From the NCBI GenBank assembly GCA_965204745.1, contig OZ242010.1, forward strand, positions 4,256,001 to 4,320,000: DNA of 64,000 nt, written 5' to 3'. Each line of letters begins with the position of its first letter. Position 1 is the stretch's first letter. Shown here in pieces: positions 51,792-60,393 of this stretch. The DNA comes from Candidatus Latescibacterota bacterium (GTDB lineage Bacteria; Latescibacterota; UBA2968). The notes below the pieces were generated by a model. It searched no databases and was not told the origin of the DNA. It saw nothing but the letters and a program-made list of their open reading frames with translations. A program made the position numbers and the translations under genes.

Positions 51792-52865
51792 ATGGCAGAA
51801 TACGATACGATTCCCAAGCAGTTGATGCACCTCTACCCGCAAGACCTCATCCGCTTGGCACTCGGACGCGAGGATGTCGAAATTGAAGTTGAAGAAGTCC
51901 TCGACACCGAACTCCCCAAGGTGGAAACGCGCCTGGTCGATAGCCTCATGCGCGTGCGGATCGATGGCGAGGAAGCCTTGATCCACATCGAATTTCAAAC
52001 CTCGGATAGCGCGAATATGGCTCGTCGCATGGCTTCCTATATCATCCGCCTCATCGAGCAGTATGACTTGCCGGTCTATTCCTTTGTCATCTATCTGCGT
52101 CCCAATGCCGGGCGGAGCGATAAGGGATTTTTTCGCCAAGATCATGCGGACTTCCCCGTGCTGGTGCGCTACAAGGTGATTCGGTTGAGCGAGCTGGATG
52201 GGCGCGGCATTCTTGAAGGCGACCAGGCCGGCTTGCTTCCTTTCGCGCCGTTGATGAAGCCGCCTGTGGGGATGGGTTCCGAGGACTGGTTGCGTGCGTG
52301 TGTTCGCAAGGGCGATTCGGTTTCGTTGGATGAGGCAGACAAGGCGAATTATTTGGGTAGCTTGGCGGTCTTGAGTGGGTTGGCGTATGATCCTGCCACC
52401 ATCAACCGAATTTTTTCCCAGGAGGGTTTTATGGACGCGATTATGCGTGAGTCATCGTTTGCCCAGTACCTCGAGGAGCAGTTCAAGGAACAGTTTCTTG
52501 AGCAGGGCATTGAGCAGGGCATCGAGCGCGGCATTGAGCAGGGAATCGAGCAGGGCATCGAGCAGGGAATCGAGCAGGGCATCGAGCGCGGCATCGAGCA
52601 GGGAATCGAGCAGGGAATCGAGCAGGGAATCGAGCAGGGAATCGAGCAGGGAATCGAGCAGGGCATTGAGCGCGGGGGTAGAGAACATACCATTGCCGCT
52701 ATCCTCGACGTGTTGGAGATTCGCTTTGATGTGGTCGTTGCCGGTCAGTCCGCCGCTCGCATTGCGACCATCGACGATTTGCCGAGGCTCAAGCGGTTGC
52801 ATCGTGCAGCGGTGCAAGCGGATGATCTGGCGGCCTTTCAGCGCGTGTTGGATGCGGAAGCCTAA
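51792..52865 (+). CDS. Rpn/YhgA-like PD-(D/E)XK nuclease, copy 2 (divergent C-terminus)
   Basis: N-domain nearly identical to copy 1; C-terminus GGREHTIAAILDVLEIRFD. Confidence 0.9.
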   Translation: MAEYDTIPKQLMHLYPQDLIRLALGREDVEIEVEEVLDTELPKVETRLVDSLMRVRIDGEEALIHIEFQTSDSANMARRMASYIIRLIEQYDLPVYSFVIYLRPNAGRSDKGFFRQDHADFPVLVRYKVIRLSELDGRGILEGDQAGLLPFAPLMKPPVGMGSEDWLRACVRKGDSVSLDEADKANYLGSLAVLSGLAYDPATINRIFSQEGFMDAIMRESSFAQYLEEQFKEQFLEQGIEQGIERGIEQGIEQGIEQGIEQGIERGIEQGIEQGIEQGIEQGIEQGIEQGIERGGREHTIAAILDVLEIRFDVVVAGQSAARIATIDDLPRLKRLHRAAVQADDLAAFQRVLDAEA

Positions 52866-52891
52866 CGCGATTCCCTGTCAGGAGGCGTCTC

Positions 52892-53977
52892 ATGGCAGAA
52901 TACGATACGATTCCCAAGCAGTTGATGCACCTCTACCCGCAAGACCTCATCCGCTTGGCTCTCGGACGCGAGGATGTCGAAATTGAAGTTGAAGAAGTCC
53001 TCGATACCGAACTCCCCAAGGTGGAAACGCGCCTGGTCGATAGCCTTATTCGCGTGCGGATCGATGGCGAGGAAGCCTTGATCCACATCGAATTTCAAAC
53101 CTCGGATAGCGCGAATATGGCTCGTCGCATGGCTTCCTATATCATCCGTCTCATCGAGCAGTATGACTTGCCGGTCTATTCCTTTGTCATCTATCTGCGT
53201 CCCAATGCCGGGCGGAGCGATAAGGGATTTTTTCGCCAAGATCATGCGGACTTTCCCGTGCTGGTGCGCTACAAGGTGATTCGGTTGAGCGAGCTGGACG
53301 GGCGCGGCATTCTTGAAGGCGACCAGGCCGGCTTGCTTCCTTTCGCGCCGTTGATGAAGCCGCCTGTGGGGATGGATTCCGAAGATTGGTTGCGCGCGTG
53401 TGTTCGCAAGGGCGATGAGGTTTCGTTGGATGAGGCAGACAAGGCGAATTATTTGGGTAGCTTGGCGGTCTTGAGTGGGTTGGCTTATGATCCTGCCACC
53501 ATCAACCGAATTTTTTCCCAGGAGGGTTTTATGGACGCGATTATGCGTGAGTCATCGTTTGCCCAGTACCTCGAGGAGCAGTTCAAGGAACAGTTTCTTG
53601 AGCAGGGCATTGAGCAGGGAATCGAGCGCGGCATCGAGCAGGGAATCGAGCAGGGAATCGAGCAGGGAATCGAGCAGGGAATCGAGCAGGGAATCGAGCA
53701 GGGAATCGAGCAGGGAATCGAGCAGGGAATCGAGCAGGGAATCGAGCAGGGAATCGAGCAGGGCATTGAGCAGGGAATCGAGCAGGGCGTTGAACGAGGC
53801 ATCCAAGAGAGCATCCGAGAAGCGTTGGCGATTCGCTTTGATGCAGGTGTGGCCGGTCAGTTCGCCGCTCGCATTGCGACCATCGACGATTTGCAACGGC
53901 TCAAGCAGTTGCTTCGCTCGGCGATGCAAGCGGATGATCTGACAGCCTTTCAGCGCGTGTTGGATGCGGAGATCTGA
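52892..53977 (+). CDS. Rpn/YhgA-like PD-(D/E)XK nuclease, copy 3
   Basis: Nearly identical N-domain; longest 12-bp repeat tract. Confidence 0.9.
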   Translation: MAEYDTIPKQLMHLYPQDLIRLALGREDVEIEVEEVLDTELPKVETRLVDSLIRVRIDGEEALIHIEFQTSDSANMARRMASYIIRLIEQYDLPVYSFVIYLRPNAGRSDKGFFRQDHADFPVLVRYKVIRLSELDGRGILEGDQAGLLPFAPLMKPPVGMDSEDWLRACVRKGDEVSLDEADKANYLGSLAVLSGLAYDPATINRIFSQEGFMDAIMRESSFAQYLEEQFKEQFLEQGIEQGIERGIEQGIEQGIEQGIEQGIEQGIEQGIEQGIEQGIEQGIEQGIEQGIEQGIEQGVERGIQESIREALAIRFDAGVAGQFAARIATIDDLQRLKQLLRSAMQADDLTAFQRVLDAEI

Positions 53978-54083
53978 CGCGCATCCCTTAACGACACAAG
54001 CCTTCGCATGCTGACCCTGAACGAATCGATTCGGGGCCAGGCTATGCGAGGGCTTGTGCGTACATAGGACAATGGCGGGCGAT

Positions 54084-54126
54084 AACCGCAGGATATAAGA
54101 CGGGGCTAACGCACACGGCAGGGCGG
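54084..54126 (+). repeat. 43-bp direct repeat right of the Rpn array
   Basis: Matches 50627..50669 with two mismatches. Confidence 0.85.
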
Positions 54127-54287
54127 AGATGGGCTGGGTACGCACGGGTGGCGGCGCGGACGGGCACGCACGGGTGGAGAGTATGGGAGAAGTCACACCC
54201 ATGCGAGTCGCGCTGGCTTGACTTTGAAAGCAAAAGATACTAAACTTGACGAAAGTTCAAGCGGTGTGGATACAATGAGGAGAGGTT

Positions 54288-54899
54288 ATGAATCTGGTGC
54301 TTCGGCAGGTGGTTTTGACGTGCGTTTTGATCGGCGCGGCAGTGGCGTCAGAGCAAGGCGATGCACTGCTCGAGATGGTCAAGAGCCGGGACCGGGCCAT
54401 TCAGGCTATCGTGCGATCAGAGACCGGGGGCGACACGGCCGAAGAGCGCGCCGAGCTCAAGGCCATCGTCGGCGAGTTGTTCGATTTTGAAACCTTTAGC
54501 CGGGAATCACTGGGGCGAGATTGGGCCGCGCGAACCGCAGCGGAGCGCGAGGAATTCATCGCCGTAAACCGGCGGTTGATCGAGAAAAATTACGCGGACC
54601 CCGCGCTTTATACCAAAGCGGAAAAGATCGACTACACGGGTGTGGAGGTCGAAGACGCCGAGGCTATCGTCAAAACCGAAGTGCATTACAAGCGCGAGAC
54701 GAGCACCATCGACTACAAACTCCACCTCGTCGAGGGCAAGTGGTTGATTTACGATATGGTCATCGACGAGTTGAGCGTTGCGCGCAGCAACCGGTCGCAG
54801 TTTCGTCGGGAGATCCGCAAATCCAATTTTGCCGGGTTGCTGAAAAAATTGAAGCAAAAACTGCGCGAAGACGCGGCGGATGAGAAAGGTGGCACTTAA
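54288..54899 (+). CDS. MlaC/Ttg2D (HpnM-like) lipid-binding periplasmic protein
   Basis: Signal peptide; FDFETFSRESLGRDW, IDYKL..KWLIYDMVIDELSVARSNRSQF. Confidence 0.88.
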   Translation: MNLVLRQVVLTCVLIGAAVASEQGDALLEMVKSRDRAIQAIVRSETGGDTAEERAELKAIVGELFDFETFSRESLGRDWAARTAAEREEFIAVNRRLIEKNYADPALYTKAEKIDYTGVEVEDAEAIVKTEVHYKRETSTIDYKLHLVEGKWLIYDMVIDELSVARSNRSQFRREIRKSNFAGLLKKLKQKLREDAADEKGGT

Positions 54900-57326
54900 T
54901 TGATCAAAGCCTATTTTCGCTTTTTGGCGGGTTGGACGTATCGGCACTACAAAAGCATTCTTGTGGTGTCGATTTTGTTGACGGCCTTTTGTAGCATTTT
55001 TGCGTACAAACTCGGGCGCAAGCTCGAGACCGATATCGTGGCGCTGATCCCAGAAAATTATCAGAGCGTGAAAACCCTCGAAGAGATCAAACAGCGCGTC
55101 GGTGGCGTGGGCAGTTTGACGGTTTTGGTGCAAAGTCCGGATTTTGAGGCCAACACCCGGTTCGTCGAGGATTTGGCGCGCGAATTGAGGGGCGAGGAGT
55201 ACGCGCAATACATCAATTTTGTCGATTACAAGAACGACGTGGAATTTTATCGCAAAAACGCGCTACTGTTCATGGAAACGGACGATTTGGATGACATACT
55301 CACGCGCATCGACGACTACATCATCCAAGAAAAACTGAAATTGTCCCCCCTGTACATCGCGCTCGACGAAGACGAGGCCACGCTCGACTTTTCGGATATC
55401 GAAGCCAAGTATCGGTCGTCGGGCAATGGGCACGACGCGTATTACGTCAATCCGGACCGCACCATCTTGGCCTTGGAGGCCAAGGCCGCGGGCACGGTGA
55501 GCAACATCGGGTTTGCCACAGAGATGAAGCGGGTCATTCAAGCGGCTATCGACAAACTCAACCCGCGGCATTACCACGCCGAGATGCTGATCGAATACGG
55601 GGGGCCGTTCAAGAATAAGATCGACGAGTACGATACGATTTTGCGCGACGTGCGCTCCACGGCCATCGTCGCTGTTTTGGGCATTGTCGCGCTGTTGACG
55701 TTGTACTTCCGCCAACCCTGGGCGGCTTTTTTTGTCGCAGTGCCGCTGGTGATGGGCTTGGTTTGGGCCTTTGCCATCACCTATTGGGCTATCGGCAACT
55801 TGAACACGATGACCGTGTTTTTGTTCGTGATCTTGTTCGGACTGGGGATCGATTTTGGCATTCACATGTTTGCGCGCTACCTCGAGAGGCGCGTAGCACA
55901 GGGGGATGTGCAATCGTCTATCGAAACGATGTTGACCCAAACCGGGCAGGCCATCGTGACCGCCGCGCTGACCACGTCTATCGCGTTCTTCTCCTTGACC
56001 CTGACGGATTTTCGGGGGTTTTCCGAATTTGGATTTATCGTGGGCGTGGGCATTTTGATGTCGCTGGTGTCGATGACGACCGTGTTGCCGGCCGTGTTGG
56101 TGCTGGCGGACAAAAAATTGGGCTGGATCCGCATGCGGCCCGTTTGGGGGCACAACTGGGGCGGCGAGCGCGGGCATTTTCCATACCCGTGGCTCGTGCT
56201 TTTCTGCGCGTTGGTGATCACGGTCTATTTGGGCTGGCATTTGCGGGACATCGACTTCGAGTACGATTTTACCAACTTGCGCTCCAACTTGCCCGCGTCT
56301 GTCAAGGTCAAGCAGAAAATGGCGACGATTCCGAAATACGGCAATGAGTCGCAATCGTACAGCATCGTGCTGGCAGACAACAAAGCGGACCTCGACGAGA
56401 TCGTGGCGGCATTGGAAAAGAAAATGGCCGAAGACGACGAGACCCCGACCATCCACAAAGTGAAAACCCTGTGGACCGAGTTGCGCGAACAGGATGAGAA
56501 ATTGGCGATCATCGGCGAGATTCGCGCCTTGGTCAATGGCGAAGGCGCGAAGTTGATCCGCGGAGAACAAAAGGCCAAAGTCGATTCCCTGCGCGATTTG
56601 TTGGAGGTGCAAAAATTGGCGGTTGGGGATTTGCCGGAAAATTTGCTGAAGCAATTCGAGACCATCGACGGCAGCCAAGCCTACTTCGCGCAAATTTTGC
56701 CGAGCGTGCAGTTGCGAGATGGCAAAAAGGCGATTGCATTTGCCGAAGACACGCACGAGATCCGCACCGCGTCCGGCAAGGTGTTTTACTCGTCGAGTTC
56801 CAATATCATTTTTGCCGACATGCTGCGCCTGATGCTGCGCGACAGCCCGCGTGCGATAGTGTTGACGCTCTTGGTCGTCATGCTCATCGTGCTGATCGAT
56901 TTTCGCAGTTTTCGCGCCTTGCTGATCATCTTCCCCCTGGTCTGCGGCACGGTTTGGATGTGCGGGTCATTGTACTTGCAGGACGTCAAGCTCAATTTTT
57001 ACAATATCGTGGCATTGCCCACCATTATCGGCATGGGCATCGACAACGGCGTGCATCTGTACCACCGGTACCGAGAGGAAGGGCCGGGGTCGATGCCGCT
57101 CGTGTTGCGAAGCACAGGGGGCGCGATGCTGATTTCCATGCTGACGACGATGATCGGCTTTTTCGGGTTGATGACCGCGACCCATCCCGGGCTCAACGCG
57201 ATTGGCCGGTTGGCGATGATCGGGTTGTTGACGTGTTTTGTGACCGCGGTGCTGGTGTTGCCCGCGATTTTGGAAGTGCTCGAAGGCAAGAGGTGGCGGC
57301 GGGAAAATGGACAGAACGCGAAATAG
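54900..57326 (+). CDS. MMPL/RND-family lipid exporter (HpnN-like)
   Basis: GLGIDFGIH, GMGIDNGVH, ALTTSIAF, LTTMIGF; TTG start directly after the upstream stop. Confidence 0.9.
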   Translation: MIKAYFRFLAGWTYRHYKSILVVSILLTAFCSIFAYKLGRKLETDIVALIPENYQSVKTLEEIKQRVGGVGSLTVLVQSPDFEANTRFVEDLARELRGEEYAQYINFVDYKNDVEFYRKNALLFMETDDLDDILTRIDDYIIQEKLKLSPLYIALDEDEATLDFSDIEAKYRSSGNGHDAYYVNPDRTILALEAKAAGTVSNIGFATEMKRVIQAAIDKLNPRHYHAEMLIEYGGPFKNKIDEYDTILRDVRSTAIVAVLGIVALLTLYFRQPWAAFFVAVPLVMGLVWAFAITYWAIGNLNTMTVFLFVILFGLGIDFGIHMFARYLERRVAQGDVQSSIETMLTQTGQAIVTAALTTSIAFFSLTLTDFRGFSEFGFIVGVGILMSLVSMTTVLPAVLVLADKKLGWIRMRPVWGHNWGGERGHFPYPWLVLFCALVITVYLGWHLRDIDFEYDFTNLRSNLPASVKVKQKMATIPKYGNESQSYSIVLADNKADLDEIVAALEKKMAEDDETPTIHKVKTLWTELREQDEKLAIIGEIRALVNGEGAKLIRGEQKAKVDSLRDLLEVQKLAVGDLPENLLKQFETIDGSQAYFAQILPSVQLRDGKKAIAFAEDTHEIRTASGKVFYSSSSNIIFADMLRLMLRDSPRAIVLTLLVVMLIVLIDFRSFRALLIIFPLVCGTVWMCGSLYLQDVKLNFYNIVALPTIIGMGIDNGVHLYHRYREEGPGSMPLVLRSTGGAMLISMLTTMIGFFGLMTATHPGLNAIGRLAMIGLLTCFVTAVLVLPAILEVLEGKRWRRENGQNAK

Positions 57327-57335
57327 GATACGGCG

Positions 57336-58130
57336 ATGAATTTTTATTTGGGCTTGGGCATCAGCGCGGTCTCTGGGCTGTACACGTCTTTGTGGGGCGC
57401 GTTTAAGGACGCGCCCTACGAGGGGTTTAAGCGCGGCACATTTCCCCGAAGCGCGTATTTTCACCTAGCGATTTTTTGCGTCTTGTATTTCGCGCCCCTG
57501 CCCTGTCAGGCCGATTTTTTCGCGCTTGGATGGGTGCAGGTCTTTTTTTTACTCATGGGCATCGAGCGGTTTTTGGCCGAGCTTTACAAGGGGTTTTTCC
57601 GCACAGAAGATCAGGGCAAGTACTTCGTGCCGTCTCGCATTACGTTTTTCGGGCGGTACGTCGGCAGCGATGGCTTGCGCTATGTGGTGGGCAGCGCGCT
57701 GGTGCTCGGGGTTTTCGCGGTGCTGATGATTCCCACGCCGATAGCGTCGTTCTCGGGCTTTCTCCTGATCGCATATCTCACGGGCTTGCTGGTGTCCCTC
57801 GGCGGTGCGTACAAGGACGCGCCCTTCGAGGGTTTTCACGCGCTCAAATTTCAGCGGTCCTGCGTGGTGCTGGCGGTTTGCGCGCCCCTGTTTTACTTTT
57901 TGAACGATCCCCTGCATCCCATTTCCCTGGGCTTTTTGGTCTATATGAATGGCGGCTTGGAACGCTTTATCGTGGAGTATTACAAAACCTACGTCCAACG
58001 CACCATGTCCGGCAAGTTCCGCCCGGATTTGCCGCGCATTCAGCAGTATGTGGCTACGCGAGAAAAATTCCACTACGCGGCCCTCGCCATCATCGCGGGG
58101 TTGATTGGGTTGTACGTCTATGAGGTGTAA
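57336..58130 (+). CDS. Hypothetical polytopic membrane protein with an internal two-fold repeat
   Basis: WGAFKDAPYEGF..ERFLAELYK and GGAYKDAPFEGF..ERFIVEYYK. Confidence 0.8.
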   Translation: MNFYLGLGISAVSGLYTSLWGAFKDAPYEGFKRGTFPRSAYFHLAIFCVLYFAPLPCQADFFALGWVQVFFLLMGIERFLAELYKGFFRTEDQGKYFVPSRITFFGRYVGSDGLRYVVGSALVLGVFAVLMIPTPIASFSGFLLIAYLTGLLVSLGGAYKDAPFEGFHALKFQRSCVVLAVCAPLFYFLNDPLHPISLGFLVYMNGGLERFIVEYYKTYVQRTMSGKFRPDLPRIQQYVATREKFHYAALAIIAGLIGLYVYEV

Positions 58131-58165
58131 GGCCGTTCGCGCTTTGGGCCGGGGGATGGGTTGGG

Positions 58166-58312
58166 ACTGACAACTGACAGTATTCAGTGGTCAGCCCCCA
58201 CCTGCCCCTACCGCCCAAGTAGTCAGTAGTCAGTCCCCGCCCGCTCTCCACCGCTATGTTCGTTAGAATTAGTCAACTGACAACTGACAACTGACAACTG
58301 ACAACTGACAAC
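58166..58312 (-). repeat. ~140-bp heptamer-bordered element, copy B (inverted relative to copy A)
   Basis: Reverse complement of 1228..1369; ends in an (ACTGACA)n tract next to IS copy 2. Confidence 0.85.
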
Positions 58313-59488
58313 GGCGTTGTTGCATAAATAGCAATTTCCTGCAAGTTGGGATAGCAAAAAGACAGGCTCCTTCGTAGATTGGGCATATAGATCAGCGAAA
58401 CAACTCACCCTTTCTCACCAGGAACCTGTCATGCCCAAGATAACCGCTTCCAAGACCGCCGTCAAGTCCCCGCGTCGCCCGCGCTGTGCGCCTGTCTATC
58501 GGGTTCGGAACTGGGCGGCCTATGAGGCCGGTCTCAAGCAGCGGGGCAGTCTGACGTTTTGGATTACGCCGCAAGCTCTTCGGGGGTGGTACCATCAAGG
58601 GCCAACGCAACGGGGGAGGCAAAACACCTTTTCAGATTTGGCTATTCAAACGGCGTTGATGGTGCGCTTGGTCTATGCCTTGCCCCTGCGTCAAACCGAG
58701 GGGTTTCTCACGTCCATCCTGGCGTTGATGGGGGTGGCTTTGCGCGTGCCCGATCATACGACCCTCTGCCGGCGACAGGGCGATTTGAATGTGGATTTAC
58801 CTGTCCAATCCCATCATGCGCCGATCCACTTAGTGGTGGATTCCACCGGCCTGAAAGTGTATGGCGAAGGGGAATGGAAGGTGCGTCAACACGGCTTTTG
58901 CAAGCACCGGACTTGGCGCAAATTGCACATCGGCGTCGATGAGGCCACCGGGGAGCTTGTCGCCCAGGCCCTGACCTCGGCAAGCGTTGATGACGCTTCG
59001 CAGGTCAAACCCTTGCTCGATCAAGTCCTGGCCCCTGTGATATGATGGGTGCAGATGGCGGCTATGACAAACGCAAGGTCTTCAACACATGCGCCGCCCC
59101 CAAACAAGGAGCCCCCATCCGACCCCTGATTCCCCCGCGCCATGACGCGAAAATTGAACAACACGGAAACAGGAAGGCCCCCCCCCCTCGCTCGCGATGA
59201 AATCATCCGAGCCATCCGGCGTCAAGGCCGCCGACAGTGGAAACGCACCCGTGGCTATCATCGTCGCTCGGTCGTTGAAACCCAACTATGCCGCTACAAA
59301 CAACTCATTGGGCGGCAGTTGCGCGCACGAAGTCAGGAGAACCAAGAAACGGAAGCGCGGTTGGGATGTGCGGTGCTCAATCGCATGATGAGGATCGCGA
59401 AACCCGTGTCCTATCCCAGAGAAAGAGGGGCTTAAATCTCGCGGGAAAGGGACGAACTTTGCCACGACAACATTTATGCAACAACGCC
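58313..59488 (+). mobile_element. IS5-family (IS903 group) insertion sequence, copy 2
   Basis: Same 17-bp TIRs and same orientation as copy 1. Confidence 0.95.
58431..59435 (+). pseudogene. Frameshifted IS903-group transposase
   Basis: Versus copy 1: a -1 indel near 59039 giving TGA at 59043-59045, and a +1 indel in a C10 run near 59180. Confidence 0.88.
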
Positions 59489-59576
59489 GTTGTCAGTCGT
59501 CAGTTATCAGTCCGCCTAGCCCAAGCCCCAAGCAATCAGTGCTTAGTGGCGGGAGGCCAAAGGCGGATGGCTTTTT

Positions 59577-60389
59577 TCACGGCTTTGCAAACAGAAACGC
59601 GGCGAGGCCCAAAACCATCCCCGCTTTGAGAAGATGGCTCAGAAAATTGAGTTCGCGTTGCCACAAGCGGATGAGGACAAAGATGAGCAGAACGTCTAAG
59701 GCGATAATCAGGCCGAGATACACCGGGCCATAAATGCCGATGAGCGCGGGCAATGGGGTCGCGATGATGAGCAGGGCAAAAATACTGGTGATCAAAACGC
59801 GCGTGCAGGGTTCGCCCCAAGCAATGGCCGTGGTGCTGCCCGGCAACTGGCGGTCGCCCGCGCTGTCCTCCAAGTCTTTGAGCAACTCGCGGCCCAAGTG
59901 AAACAGGAACGCAAACCCCGCAACGAGCCACGGCGCAGCCATGGCTTGCACAGCCGCGCCCCCGTACAGAAATGCCAATCCCCCGAGCGCGCTGACCATC
60001 ACATTGCCGATCAGGGGCACGCGCTTGAGATGCGTATTGTACACGATCAGACTTGCTATGGCAACGAGGGCCATGGCGAGCGCGGATGTCGGCAAAGCAC
60101 AGGCGATCAGGAAACCAGCGACAAACAAGAGGCCCATTTCCACGCGCGCAAATGCAGGGGACAAGCGGCCCGATGGCAACGGACGATGCGGTTTGTTCAG
60201 CCGGTCTTCCGCGACGCCGCACAGGTCATTGTGTACATTCCCTCCCCCCACAATCAGCGCGGCGGACAGCGCGGCGAAAATCAGGGGTTGCGTAACTTCG
60301 CGGATGCCCAACCACCCCCCGAGCAACACAGCCGCAAAGGCGATGAGGCAGTTGATCGGCCGCGGGAGTTCGAGGGCCGCATAATTCAT
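59577..60389 (-). CDS. UbiA-family prenyltransferase, DGGGP-synthase-like
   Basis: RPINCL, GGNVHND..EDRLNKPHRPLPSG, YNTHLKRVPLIGN, RELLKDLEDSAGD; start ATG 60389. Confidence 0.88.
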   Translation of the reverse strand: MNYAALELPRPINCLIAFAAVLLGGWLGIREVTQPLIFAALSAALIVGGGNVHNDLCGVAEDRLNKPHRPLPSGRLSPAFARVEMGLLFVAGFLIACALPTSALAMALVAIASLIVYNTHLKRVPLIGNVMVSALGGLAFLYGGAAVQAMAAPWLVAGFAFLFHLGRELLKDLEDSAGDRQLPGSTTAIAWGEPCTRVLITSIFALLIIATPLPALIGIYGPVYLGLIIALDVLLIFVLIRLWQRELNFLSHLLKAGMVLGLAAFLFAKP

Positions 60390-60393
60390 GGCA

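Noticed and set aside
51333-54202. Repetitive ORFs (PCSI, SSRE, LLDS) overlapping the Rpn genes
   Set aside because: Other reading frames of the 12-bp VNTR.
1370-59488. Whole interval as a genomic island or prophage
   Set aside because: It contains core genes (ftsH, tilS, folP, holA, trxA) and no integrase, phage or conjugation genes.
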